A stretch of 64,000 nucleotides of DNA from the NCBI RefSeq assembly GCF_001194135.2, contig NC_068988.1:31287076-31351075 (forward strand), read 5' to 3'. The notes below the pieces were generated by a model that did no database searches, was not told the origin of the DNA, and was given only the letters and a program-made list of their open reading frames with translations. Positions 48,850 to 62,254 of the stretch are shown in pieces. The DNA comes from Octopus bimaculoides (Eukaryota). The number at the start of each line of letters is the position of its first letter. Positions within the stretch are counted from its first letter, which is position 1. Position numbers and translations under genes: made by a program.

Positions 48850-49275
48850 GTCACTAGTAGACAAAATGGAAAAGGCGTTGCTCCGGAGGATAGCGTGGGA
48901 GATGCACTGTAACAATCACTTTTGCTCACAGGGCACGCACCTGCAGAAAACTATTTCTGCCCTGATAGCGATGAATAAGGATATAGTTGCGGGTGGTGCA
49001 AGAACGCCGTCTCAAATATCACAGGTTTGACCATAAACCTGTCAGAGAGCGACCAATACCTTAACAGTTTGTCTTTCTCAAACTGACGAGTAGCGGAGCC
49101 TGCGTTGGTAGCTGACAACAAGTTGCGGCTGAAGAAGGTGTCACAGCATGTGGCATTCCAGATAAGAGGCCTACCGCCACAGAAAAGGAGAATTATCATA
49201 CCGTCTGGCCTTTTACCATTCCTTCGGTCTCATCCCACTGGCTTGAGCCGGAAAGGGAAACCTGCGGCGTGTTCT
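48850..49275 (-). mobile_element. CRE-like RLE non-LTR retrotransposon C-terminal fragment
   Basis: AAGFPFRLKPVG*DRRNGKRPDGMI..GRPLIWNATCCDTF..AGSATRQFEKDKLLRYWSL..KPVIFETA, then in a shifted frame LLQCISHAILRSNAFSIL; typical CRE-type PD..D..K endonuclease and QR.S.A..RGNA tail. Confidence 0.82.
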
Positions 49276-49950
49276 AGTCATAGCTGAACTGCTTTTGATT
49301 ATATGATTATAGAATTTTAGGTTTTATCATATTTTTGATATTTTCTATAGTTCAATGCGAGTCGACTTGTGAGTAATCGCAACAACAAAAGCAGCAGCTA
49401 TCTTAATATGAATATATGATAGCGTTGTCGCTGTGATTTTCCCCTTACAAAGTCTAAAATGTGTGTTTTCTTACAGAATCATCTTATGGACCTGAAAATA
49501 AAAGTCAGTATGTAACATATATAAGTGAATGAGCCTTTATTAGTTACTGTTATTAGTTACTTTATTAGTTATTGCATGAAAGTAATTATATTACCTAATG
49601 AATTTGTTACGCGTCAGAATTGAATCACTGGAACGCTGGACATTTCCAAGAATGGGGAGAAGATGAACAATCGAAAACAACATAGAGGCTGCCGAGAAAG
49701 CATCTAAATGACTCTGATTGAAAAGAGATCATCGGTGGTGTCAGTAGAATATCGTTTGGACATAGAACTAGCATTGTTCAACCTAACACTGGTAGTTTGG
49801 ATGAAGGTGTATGTTTTAAAACTCGATACATCCAGTGACCGCAGGCTACAACATTGTTTGTTCAAATTTGCATCCGTAAATTTATGTTGAACATGCTATA
49901 ATAATCATTCGAGAGAAGCAGCATTCCCACTTCAGTAGATATCACTTTTT

Positions 49951-49992
<42 letters not shown>

Positions 49993-52900
49993 GAAATACA
50001 TTTCACAAAAGCCTATTTTTTTAATATACATAGTGAGACCTTTAACTGATTTGATCTTCCTTTCTCTGGCGTGCTATCGAAGGAAATTTGGCTCTTATTG
50101 CTAGAATGTCGGGTGATATAAATTTTAAAGCAGAGGAATTTCAAAGATTCGAACACTTTCTTATGCTTTGGGCAAAATAAAACAATTTTGCAACAAAATT
50201 GTCACGTAACTTCCCTTAAATCTTTCTCACACACTACAACAATAAAATCTCAAATTGCTCATGATATATCTAAGCATCTAAATAATATCGTAATATATGC
50301 TTTGAATGGAAACCATGTTTACTGATGTTAAAATTAACGGCAATACTTTCATTGAAACTGGGGATAGAAGGCATTTTATACGTTAAGGAAGCGGCAGATT
50401 GTTTTTTCTGTGACAAACTTCGCTCTACAGAAACCGTATTCGCAGGTAAAAGTATTCAAGAAGATAACTATTCTTTAAATCTATTTCTGTCATTTCGAAG
50501 CATTTCCCATACTCTTTTTCGATGCATAGTAATTGTTTGAGATCTTTTTTTTTTTTCGTATATAGATTCTTGTCTTTGTTTGTCAGATGTATACTTAATT
50601 TACTTGTTAGATTTTTGTCAGATGTATACTTAATTTTAGAAGCTTTTTGAATTTCCTAACCTATTCGATATATATCCAGCATTTCTAACAAATTCGCTCC
50701 TTTCATTTCTTTTTGTAAATGCTTCCGCTTTCATATCTTATGTTTGTACATAATTTCATATTAACATTATTACTAAAATTTCAAATTTCGTGTATTGTTG
50801 TTTCTTCTGTAATTGATGGCGTGGTTGTAATAGTTGCCGTTGTTCTTTACTGTTAATTTACATGTAGTTATTACTGTTATTGCTAAGTCAATTTGTTCCT
50901 AGTTTCGTATTATATCCTGAAACGACTATTTCTAAACGAAATTTTCAAAATTATATTACTAAAATGTAATTATTGAAATTAATGAGGAAATATCTGAAAC
51001 TGTGTATCTTGTTATTTTGTACACGTCTTTCTGTCCTTTTCTTCATTTTTTTGTTTGTCTTTGTTTACTTTTGGTTTGTTGAGTTGTGTGCTAGAAATGA
51101 TACGTTCAATAACATGCACAGTCCCCAGTAAGAAATATACCCACTTTTCAAAAACAGAACACCATTGCAAATACCCCAGCTATATTGCAATATCCCAACT
51201 GCAAAGGTAGAAAAAAGGAACACAAAGGGGATTCATGGGAACTTAGATCTATGACAAGGAAAATTGAATTTTTAATGTGGTTTAGTAAGATGAAAAGTAC
51301 TGAGTTTTTACCTTTGCGGATCTTTCGAGGTTGATGGGAGAGACAATAGAACGAAACACTACTCAAGTGTTAATATTGGGAGAAACAGTTCGAGTACATG
51401 AAACAACCTTGACTCTGCTAAAAGTGTCCATGGGAAGGGTAGTGATGTTAAACTGGTGGGCGGGTGAGGACTTAGACTTATTCAATTGAATTCAATTTGA
51501 GGGCTCATGGTGTTGATATAACGTCAATAGAGTCAGATGTCTTTAAATGCCGTGTAACAGAATTACATCGCTGACAATAGACTAGAGGAGATTTGGTGCT
51601 TATAGTTGCCACGAAAAAGAGGTTCATATTACGATGTCTAATTTTGAAGGTAATTTCGTTGGGTAAATATTGACCTGACAAGGCATTGGTGAGGATAAAT
51701 AAGTGAGCAATTATTTGTGTAGTTTGAAGATCTGGAAATGGTTGTACAACCTCAGCTCAGTTGCAGGCAATAAATTTAATGAATACACAATTCCACTAGA
51801 CCATATAACCCAGAAAATGTACCTGACTTATTGCGTCAAAATAGAGAAACCCAACATTGACTGTGTTCACTCAAGAACTTCGGCAAATATTGCAATATGT
51901 GACAGACGGAAATATCAATATTCCTATTACCATAAAAACTGACAAAAAAAGCCAAAACAAACTGATATAACAAAATTTATATTGCCGCATCAGTTGCGTT
52001 CGTTATCATAACCTACGCTCGCTTTAAGATTTTGCAACATCATCGATTGATGTCATCTATTGGATGAATAGACGAGTAGAAAATCTATGAACGTGCTAAG
52101 CTATTAACTATATATTAATATTGGAACAATTGTATATGCCCTGCTTCATAATATATTTATTATATGAGAAATAGCTGAGTCTTGCCCCGTAATCAAAACC
52201 ACTTGGTCTCAACTTCCAGTCAAGCCGTTGTTAGCTTATTTTCTTCATCCAGTTTTGCATTGTCCATTATTTCATGTACTAGGCTAGGCTTGTAGAGAGA
52301 TTCCTTGCCATCGCTTAGCAAACACTTCTGTACATATATTTTAGTAGTATAAATAGTCTCTGTTTTTGTTTGTCCACCTTTCTCTCTACAGTCTGTTATC
52401 TTAGTCTATATTTTATATGATGACCGAAGGAAATATTTCGTTATCTTTGAAGTTGGAACTGCTTCTTTTGCTTTGTACCAAGTTTAGAGTTATTCCTGTT
52501 AGTTTCCTTTTATCTTCCACAAAAGTAGTATTTTCTTAAAATGCATTTCTAGTTGTAAAAAACCATTCCTACACCACAGCGTTTATGATAAATACAATTA
52601 GTTTATAGAAAATTGGTTGATGCATTCTAAATGCAGTGAATATTTGTTTTTGTTCCCTTATCCACAAATTTGTTAATTTGCCTTTTGCTCTCTGAGAGAC
52701 TTTCAAATATTTAGTTTCGGAACATCTTAGTTGATTTCTATTAACTTTTTCTGGGATATTTAGCGTAGTTTTTAAGTATCAGATTAATGATTCTATAATA
52801 ATTCTTCATTAATACTGTCGTACATGCATATATTTTATACAACGACTCGCTTATTATTAGCAAAGCGTTTGTAAGTATTTAGTTAAATTCGCTAATATCT

Positions 52901-53039
52901 GTTACTTTGTCTAATACAATTCCATTGATTAAAAAAAATTATCAACATTCCTCACTTTAATACGCATTATTCGCGATCAGTTCACCACAGATGAACTTGA
53001 AAGAAGCAAAGTATCAAACTAGAGGTCAGGCAGAAAGAT

Positions 53040-53560
53040 AAACACTGACACGGGAGACCTGACCTACTCACACTACAAGAAAGAGAGAAGAAAGTGATAA
53101 GAACTATGAAGTATTGATGCGTCACCCCTACTCCAGCACATACAACGAGCCGAGAAGTGTATCAACAATGTGTCGGATTCCATATGGTACATGAGGAAAG
53201 CACTGAAATATGGATCAGTATTGATATTAGACCTCAAAGAAGAGAGGGCTAAAAATATATATTCTAGCATGCTTCTTCATGGCGTAACTTATAAGCGCTC
53301 TATACTGGGTGAGATTTAACGCTCTATATAAAATACTTCCGTTTGATATTAGAGGAGCATGGAAATTTTTTCTACTTCAGATGACAAGACTGCTCACAAA
53401 ACTGCTAGGAACTTACAAAAGAGACACTGATGTTGCTCCCTCATAAAAGCACGCACAGAAATCTCTGACCTAATGTTATTGGAGAGTAATGTTATAATAA
53501 AAGTTGTGGTAGAAGGTAGGATGGCCAGATGTTACACCGACATCAACCACGAGAGGGCTT
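53040..53560 (+). mobile_element. Possible very old APE-endonuclease LINE relic
   Basis: RPDLLTLQE at 53055-53081 and a weak GDFN-like trace near 53310; too decayed to classify. Confidence 0.25.
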
Positions 53561-55629
53561 TTTGTTCTCGGGAAAGAAGATTAAAAATCTCCATGTTATC
53601 AAAGCTAGAAAGGAAATCATGAGTAACAGAAGAAACAGTTGCAGGGACAGCGTCGATAGCAAAATGTAAGACCAGCAACAAGATGACAAACAATATTATT
53701 ACTATCATATTAAACACCGAAGGCCTTATAAATAGTCCCACGCTATACAAGAACAACATCACAAGCAACTTAAGTGATGAGACAAGTCCACATACACACA
53801 CGCATTCACGCGCGCTCGCCTCAACTAGATTTCATCTTCCCACGCAGATTTCCTCATCAAAGGCTGAGGAAATGGAGGAGGAGACAACGGTGTAGCAAAG
53901 TGTTGTTAGGGGGACGAATAGGAAAAAGAAAACCCCGAAACAAACGATTATCAATACAAACAGGAAGATGGAAGGTCAAAGAACTTTCAAATAGTGGCCA
54001 GTCAGCACTGCTACAATATTAAGGTCGACAAAAACAACAAAGTCTATAACTACGGAAACAAAACAGCAGTTAAACCAACACAGAAACTAAAACAAAATCA
54101 TAATAATATAAACATTTACTACAGCAATTGTCCAAAAGAAAAGAAAAAAAAACTGGCGAGAGAAACGAGAGAAACGACAGCCACATAAAGTAATCAAATC
54201 ATATCAACGTCATAGAAATAGAAACAAGGTTGGAGTCATGGATTACATATCAAAATAAAAATAAAGAGCATTTGAGAATCTATTACTGTTACCCAGGGAT
54301 TGAATAAATAAGGATTGTTGTTGGAAACTTTTGTTTCATTAAGTAAATATCTGTTTACTTGCGTAACCATATCTCTTCTACGATTGGCGAACATAACTCA
54401 CGAATTTTGAACTGGTGTTTAAAACATTTTTAAACGCCATCGCAGATTTATATACAAATTTGGCAAGCACAGAATTCGAATGTCAATAATTTAACAAACA
54501 ACCACAGACATTTTCAAGAAATAGAAATCAATGTATACAGTAACTAACGACAAAGAAGTCAACAAAATGGTAAAACTTTTACTAATGCTCCCCGCCAAAA
54601 ATTGTTTCAGCTTTTACAGAACGAAAGAATCCAGCCAAAAGTGATATAAGGTCTTTGCACGGAAATGCATGTTTTGATGAGACAAAAGATGATAGACCTG
54701 TGCACTATCGTGAGTGCAGAAAGAAGAGTGATACGAGTGGTGATAAAGAACAGTTAGTCTTGTTATAGTAATAATAGCCATTCCCACCTCAACACGGTAA
54801 GTGGAAAATCTTAGAAGAAAGAGACAGAAGGAAAGAGAGGGAGAAACTAAAGGATAGAGGGAGTGGTTGATAATGACAGTCACCATGAGCCGGGTCCAGA
54901 AAGTGCTGTATCAAGCAAACCAATGATCCAAGTTGTCAAAGATTAGCCTCGAACTCGGTGCTAACTACTGGTGACCAGGATTAAGATGATGTTTCTCTCA
55001 GGAGTACTACTCCATCATCTCGTGGTAAAAAGTAGCGAATGAAATCTGAAAAGAGATATCAAACTGATGTTGATGTTAGAAAGAAAACAAGAATGACCGC
55101 AAAAAATATAAGAAGAAACAAAACAAAACAAAACAAAAAAAGGAAAGTAATGAAAACTGAACCAATACGAAAAGCAGAGACGCACAAGAAGGGAGGAAAT
55201 GGATACTCACATTTCATCGGAGTTCCAGGTGGATCTGATGAATGACCTGCAGAAAGACCATGCAGCAGATGAAGTGAGTAAAGAAAACATGAATTCACAG
55301 TCAGACACATGTAATATTCTATTCCAATGAAGCGGATTGTTTCTTAGCCGAGTGGGCGTGGATTACCACATTTGTGCTCATATTTATAAACAAAATGACC
55401 TTGCATTTATTGTTTTTTTTCCATCAGATTTCTAACGTATGCGATTTTTAATATGCTCATAGTATAGCTTCATTACTAATTATATACAACTTTCAGTTTT
55501 TAATCACCACGAATTATATAACATCCATGGTAAACGCTTTATTTAAATTCGCATATTCGTTCGCTTATTCATTTGCGCATGCCTATTCGTTAGACACCTT
55601 ACACTATTCACTTTTTACCTTTGCATATG

Positions 55630-56095
55630 TGTACTTGTTAGATTTCTGAGGTACCAGACACACTAGCGTAGTTCGACGCGAACATAGAAGACAGGTATTT
55701 TGTGTGAAATCACTCTGAAAATGAACTACCAAAGCGAACATTATCAACACGTCATTCATTTTAGTTTAGAAAATTCGAGAAGTACAGAAACCTGCTGGAA
55801 GATGTGTGCTGATTACGAAGAAGTTGCTGTAACAACGTGTGTGCCAGAAGTGGTTTCCATGACAGCGATTAGGAAATTTTTCCTTTCAGGATGCATCTTA
55901 CACTTGCTGACCAACTGGGACTAACAAGAAAAAAGTGAAGTGTTTCACCGAGACAAACCCACGTTATACGACCAAAACGATCGAAAATATTCTCAAAATA
56001 TCAAAATCAAGTGTTAAAAACTATCTTCACCAAATAAATTACGTTAACAGCGTCGATGTTTCGGTCCCTCATCGATTGTATGGAACGAAACTCTA
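55630..56095 (+). mobile_element. Mariner 5' half
   Basis: From ATG 55721 MNYQSEHYQHVIHF..TETCWKMCADYEE, then ETNPRYTTKTIENILKISKSSVKNYLHQINYVNSVDVSVPHRL (WVPHEL motif). Confidence 0.82.
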
Positions 56096-56150
56096 ACCTA
56101 GATCCAAAGCTCTTTGATTGGAATTTCAGCATCAACAAGGTATTTTTATT

Positions 56151-56216
56151 TGTATGTATGTATGTATGTATGTATGTATGTATGTATGTATGTATGTATG
56201 TATGTATGTATGTATG
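56151..56216. repeat. (TGTA)n, i.e. (TACA)n tail of the adjacent RLE element
   Basis: Direct reading; TGTA repeats resume at 56988 beyond the gap. Confidence 0.97.
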
Positions 56217-56644
56217 TGCAGATTTGTATGTTTTATGAATGTATTCTCATGCATATAGTTACATATCTAGACATGCTCATATACCTTTAAATGATAAACT
56301 TCTAGAATGTTTTACAGAGTTTTACAGTTCCAGTGATGGATTGGATCTGTATTCTTCGAATTAACTTTCTCCTTTTTGGTTTTGAGAAGCCTAATGTTTC
56401 AAGATTGGTATTTAGACAGTGTGTTTACATATCCCAGGGCCCCAATAATTACAGATATAAACCTGAACTTGTAATCTGGATAGAGTAACTACAGATTTCT
56501 GAATAGTTCAGTATAGGTGTTCCCTTTTTCACTGATCTTTAGCTTTATGTTATCATCCGCTGGGCAGCTAATTTCCACCACTGTGCACAGTTTCTCTTCT
56601 CTATCCCAAATCATTATATCAGGTCTGTTGTACTTGTGGAGGCA
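56217..56644 (-). mobile_element. RLE LINE 3' end, family distinct from the Dong copies
   Basis: NRPDIMIWDREEKLCTVVEISCPADDNIKLKISEK..LYPDYKFRFISVIIGALGYV..IQSITGTVKLCKTF, short 3'UTR, then (ACAT)n. Confidence 0.88.
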
Positions 56645-56987
56645 NNNNNNNNNNNNNNNNNNNNNNNNNNNNNNNNNNNNNNNNNNNNNNNNNNNNNNNN
56701 NNNNNNNNNNNNNNNNNNNNNNNNNNNNNNNNNNNNNNNNNNNNNNNNNNNNNNNNNNNNNNNNNNNNNNNNNNNNNNNNNNNNNNNNNNNNNNNNNNNN
56801 NNNNNNNNNNNNNNNNNNNNNNNNNNNNNNNNNNNNNNNNNNNNNNNNNNNNNNNNNNNNNNNNNNNNNNNNNNNNNNNNNNNNNNNNNNNNNNNNNNNN
56901 NNNNNNNNNNNNNNNNNNNNNNNNNNNNNNNNNNNNNNNNNNNNNNNNNNNNNNNNNNNNNNNNNNNNNNNNNNNNNNNNNNNNNNN
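56645..56987. other. Assembly gap
   Basis: N run. Confidence 1.
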
Positions 56988-57879
56988 TGTATGTATGTAT
57001 GTATGTATCTGCCTGACTGTCTGCCTGTATGTATGTTCATACTTGTGTTCAGATTTAAATACTTCGAAAACAATACTTTATTTTTCAGACTTTCCTCCAA
57101 CATTATTTTATTTCTGATTTGTTATGAAAGTTTTCGTTTGATTGTTTTGAATTTTCAAATACTGAGGCATCGAGGGATGTACGTGTTTTTCTTAAATGGT
57201 AAAAAACAACTTCCCCACCCACAAAACAAAAGAGAAATATTGAGAAAATATAAAATAAAATAAAATAATTTCACATTGGTTTCGATAAAATAATACAAAA
57301 GTATATGAGGAAAAGAATCACAAAGTTTAGTCCTTTGGGGTAAAGCAATATTTGTGTTGTAGAAACGTTATGTCTTTGTCGATGCTGTTAGCTAATACGG
57401 TAGTGGAGTCATTATTATAACGTAACATTATTCGAAATGGGAGAAGCATTTAAGTGGATCTTGAAAATTATTGTAGCTTAGATGACTGATCTTTTTCCTT
57501 TCAGATCTGACATCTTTGACGGCAAACAACACGAAGATGAATCTAGTGCATAATACTTGTGTGAGATACAGGAATTCTTCATTGAAAGAAAGAAAGAAAA
57601 TAAGACAACACAAATATCTTTATTTTATTCTATGTCATTTTGCCGTTAACCGTCAAACTAGGAGACATATTTTTTCTAGCTTCGAGTCTGGAGAGGCTAA
57701 AATTTGAAGAGAAAGTAGGATGGGGTGGATACATGCGTATGGGGCATTCCTTTCGATGTGTATTTTGCGAAATCTGTGAATTTACATGAGTTTGTCCTTT
57801 CGTGTGTGCATAATATTCCAAAACAGACATTTACGTAAACAGGTGTATCTGTGTAAGTGTGTGCATGTGAATATCTGCG

Positions 57880-58085
57880 TGAGTGATTGTATGTATGTAT
57901 GTATGCATGTATGTATGTATATATGTATGTATGTGTGTGTATGTACTATGTGTATGTATGTGTATGTACGTATGTATGCATGTAGGTATGTATGTATGCA
58001 CTAGTATGGATGTAAGCATGTGTGTATGTATGTGTGTGTATGTATGTGTGTATCTCTGTGTATGTAGATGTGTGTCTATGTATGT
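57880..58085. repeat. Degenerate (TATG)/(TG)n
   Basis: Direct reading. Confidence 0.92.
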
Positions 58086-58119
58086 AAAAGGGAAAAATTA
58101 TCAGAAAAGCCATTATCTG

Positions 58120-58615
58120 AGTAGTGATGATGGATTTTCTGGCAAAGGCACCACAATTGATGGGGAATGTTATGCGTCTCTGCTACAGAAATTGCGAGAT
58201 TCCAGCAAAACATGCTGACCAAAGGAGTCCACCTCCTGCAAGACAATGCCCCATTTCACAATGCGCATGTTGCCCTTGATGAAAGCACACTCCTGTGGCT
58301 ATGAAATATTTTCTCATACCCATTATTCTCTTGACCTCGCACCATCTGACTTCCAGCTCTTTCCAACCATGAAGTCTCCGTTGAAGGCGAAGCACCTTTC
58401 GGATGAGGATGAGCTTATTCCCGAAGTGAGGTCTTAGCTCCCGACGCAGCCTACCGACTTCTACAGACGTGGTCTTCACAGCTGCATAAAGCGATGGGAG
58501 AAATGTATCACTATTAATGGTGGCTATGTAGAGAAGGACTAATAATTATGCCAAGTTTCGTTTATCCCAGTCCTTGGGAAGTTGGTGAAGGGAAATCTCT
58601 AATGAACACCCCTTT
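58120..58615 (+). mobile_element. Mariner 3' fragment
   Basis: GTTIDGECYASLLQKLR, VHLLQDNAP, HTHYSLDLAPSDFQLFPTMK, KRWEKCITINGGYVEKD*, then a TIR-like CTAATGAACACCCCT. Confidence 0.9.
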
Positions 58616-59043
58616 TAAATCGATCCTCGATCGGTTTCGGCTATGAGGGTTTCGATTGTTTTCACAGATGAGCTACCGACTCATTGAATTAGAATAGAGT
58701 GACTGAACATTCCACAAAACCGTGTACTCTTGACATAATTCAAAGACAGGATCAATATAAAGCATGTGACAAAGCTGGCTTTTTAAATGGCATTTAGTCT
58801 TTCGGGCTGGCCTCCATGCTTTCCTTAGTTTTTTTTTTCTATCAGCTCCTGAATTATACATTAATTGAATATTATCTATAATATATCTAAGTCACGGGAC
58901 TCAGATAAGCTGCAATAATTTCAAGTGCTGCTCTCTCATCTGAATTTCTCAAGAAAATTAACTGTGGACTGTTACTATGAGCTAATGTGTTAAGCTACAT
59001 CACAAAAAACCACATACACACACAGACACAGAGAGACACAGAA

Positions 59044-59045
<2 letters not shown>

Positions 59046-59124
<79 letters not shown>
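59046..59124. repeat. (CA)n
   Basis: Direct reading; also (TA)n at 60867-60945 and (CA)n at 61878-61916. Confidence 0.98.
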
Positions 59125-59589
59125 CAAATAAAGGTTTCATAGAAAACTGTTTAGTTGAAATCTTTGACAATTCTCTGTAGAAGGATTGTCCGATCTTTTG
59201 TATGCGAAGGGCACCAATTCGTTTGCGACAAATTACTATTGGTCCCATAGCATGTTCATATATAAAATTGATATACATGAATGCCGTAATAATAGAGGTA
59301 GCGATAAAGGGATATACAAACAAACAGTCATATTGTATGTACTTTTATACATGCACAAGTCAAGGAATTTCTTTTATGTAATGTATGGGACAATTTCTTT
59401 GGAGTGAGTTTGAACGTACGTCTGTCTTGCATCTTGTTATTGCAATTCTCATGTTGTAACTAACATTGATATCTACCTTTATATTTTACTATATTAACTC
59501 TCACAAATTCAGATTCGCAAATATAGTTGGGCGTCTGCTTACTTTTCGGCTCCTGAAGTTATCCTTACTCTTTTGGAGATCATTTATGC

Positions 59590-60560
59590 ATTGGCATTAA
59601 ATGTAGTACTAGTCTCCAAGGACGGTTTCTTTTTTAAACATAGAAAATGACGTAAAGTTATGTCTATTATCTCAGATTTTCTTGAATTAACTCAATTTTA
59701 ACAGCATTTACGCAATGCACCATCTGTGAAATAGATTTCGTTTGTCCTAGAAACTCAAGATTAAGATTATTAAATTTTGTTGTAATAGCATTCAAAAATG
59801 TTCTAACAGCTAACGAGAGTGGATAATCTATTTCGTTAAAAATCCGCATCGTTGATGTAAACAGTTTTTAACTTGGGAAGTAACTTTTTAAATCTGCAAG
59901 TAATTTGCATTCAATTAGTAAGAGACTAGTGTGTGTAAAATACGATCACTATTCTCAGCTTACACTTCTTTAAAAGGGCCTTACAAAGTCCGTATCGCAG
60001 ATACTTAAGTTGTATAGAGTTATTTTAAGAATGACCCTCATAATTATAACTTTTGAATATAAAACTTGATGATGAATAATGCAGTTCTAATTTATGAAAC
60101 AGGCAAATGCCTTGTCCTTTTTAAACTAACAAATATGAAAAGAATAGAAATCTCTATTTGTATTTCTATCATTGTTGCGGCACTGAGTGATGTACGTGAG
60201 ACTAACTTTTGAAGCGTTACATTATTTCCTCAATCACAAATTTTCTAAGTTTGATAAGTATTTTTATCGCTCGCTTTCTCTTTTCGAGGAATGAGAGTTG
60301 AAAATCCCTCTGCGTGGTTTGAGAAAAATAAATACTACGCTTAAAGACATGAAGGTAACAGAAACAATATCAGTTTATTCATTAAGCACCGAGCTAAAAA
60401 TCTAACTTTTCCAAATCTAATTGAATTTAGTTTTGTACACTTTGAGACAGATACCGTTCTGTGCATAACTATATTCCATGCAAGTTGTATCAATTTTATT
60501 GTGGAAATACTACTTTATTTGTTGAAACAAAACTGGGTAAGTCCCAGCTATAAATTCTTT
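59590..60560 (-). mobile_element. hAT (SPIN/GTF2IRD2-like) transposase relic
   Basis: Minus-strand broken frames: LNE*TDI (LDESTD), NCIIHHQVLYSK (HCIIHQ motif, plus strand 60065-60086), RFKKLLP, FNNLNLEFLGQTKSISQMVHCVNAVK (LNxLNLxLQG). Confidence 0.72.
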
Positions 60561-60864
60561 TATCGTTTCGTATAATTGAAAAGTTTTTCTTTGTTTTGTA
60601 GCAAACATTTATTTTGAAAATATATTTTGTCTCTCTATCAACCAACTCATTTTTCAGTTTCTATAATTTAGTTAGTCTCTCTTGATATGGTTTTTAATAT
60701 CATTTACACAGTGACAGGGTCGAAAAATGTGTTGTCCATCGCATTACTTAGAATGAACTACTATGGTGTGGCATACTATGCAGGTACAATAATTGTTTTT
60801 ATAAGAATTAAAAAAACAAAAATGTTTTGCAATGTGTTCGTGTCATTAAGGCGACCGTAGACTA

Positions 60865-60933
<69 letters not shown>

Positions 60934-61872
60934 TATATACACACATTCATTATATGTATTTGTATGTATGTATGAATGTATCTTGCTATATAACTATATA
61001 TCTATCTTTCTATCTGTGTGAATTTATATATATAAAACAAAATATTGATCATACATCAACCATAAAATATCACTGAACGAAACTAATTAATAGGAATGTA
61101 TCCTTCTCGTAACAATACAATAAACTGACCAGTGAACAGCCTTAAGTTTATTACAAGCCACAAACTTGTGGCTTGTATGTTTGTTTTATGACTTACGAAG
61201 AATGTGTTCAATAAATATAGAGTAATGCACTTCGGCAATAATGTTTGATGCAAGTCCCATCAATTTATTTTCATTATCGAAAACTTTTGTTCTTTAATTA
61301 CTCGTATTGCCGGTCATGTAACACGAACCCATAAAATGCCGACCATGACGAAGAATTGTAAGAAAGACATCTATCTAATTGTGGCAGTCGCTCCATAATT
61401 CTTGACTGCGATTTTGTTAAACCCATACATTTGGAAGAAGATTTTTGTGGAAATGCTGGAGATGGATTTCGATATATATTATCCTATATTTCTAAGTTTT
61501 TATCAAAGAAAATTACTCTTTTTGCTTGTAGTATCCTCATTTCATATTGTTTTAAAATTTAATTTCAAATATATTCGTCACCATAAGAAAAATATAAAGA
61601 ACGCACATGCCATTATATATGCTTATATCTTTAAAGAATGGGCGGATATTGGTAACTGGCAAACTAAAAGAAAACTATACATCAATGCTATACTTTCATA
61701 ATGTAATACATCCATTATTTAAAACTCCCAACATATATACCTTATTTCGTTAATAAAATAGAGTATCAATATTTCAAAAATAAAACAGCATGGGAATAAA
61801 ATGGCAATGATGATAAGTTTGGTGAAAATATTTGATGTATTACAGTTGATTTGAGCCTAGATGTTGAAACGC

Positions 61873-61918
<46 letters not shown>

Positions 61919-62011
61919 GGACAAATCACGTTGTTCAGTAATTTCAGATGTTTTGGATGTATCATGACCGTAGATAGAAGGATTATCTGATATACAATTA
62001 ATAGAAGTGGA

Positions 62012-62254
62012 GGAACGTTAATATCACTAAGCATTTTGTCCGATGAGCTAACGATTCTGCCAACTCACCGCTTTTAATGGTTTCAAATTGTAGCACAAAA
62101 GACAGCAATTTTAGGGTGTAAGTGGGTGGTACTTGTTTTATCGACGCCGAATAGATGAATGAGAAAGTTGATCTCAGTGACATTTGAACTCAGAACGTAA
62201 AGCCGAACGAAATGCTGCTAAGCGTGCTAACGTTTCTACCAGTTCGTTGTCTTA
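62012..62254 (-). mobile_element. Two tandem SINE family A copies (62012-62075 and 62079-62254)
   Basis: Reverse-complement heads CTAACGATTCTGCCAACTCACCGC and GCTAACGTTTCTACCAGTTCG; tail TTTCAAATTGTAGCACAA. Confidence 0.75.

Noticed and set aside
49537-49571. Three copies of TTATTAGTTA(CT); also (CAGTTAA)x3 at 8722-8742
   Set aside because: Ordinary short slippage duplications with no further structure.
50579-50636. 23-bp repeat pair with a 12-nt spacer (CRISPR-like)
   Set aside because: Only two units, eukaryotic context and no cas genes; a simple 35-bp tandem duplication.
55212-55258. Type III hammerhead (UC ... CUGAUGA ... GAAA)
   Set aside because: Core bases are present, but stem I has only 3 bp, stem II does not close and stem III is 3 bp with a wobble; consistent with chance.
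55428-55436. 9-nt microexon (CAG|ATTTCTAAC|GTATGC)
   Set aside because: Cannot be distinguished from chance without transcripts.
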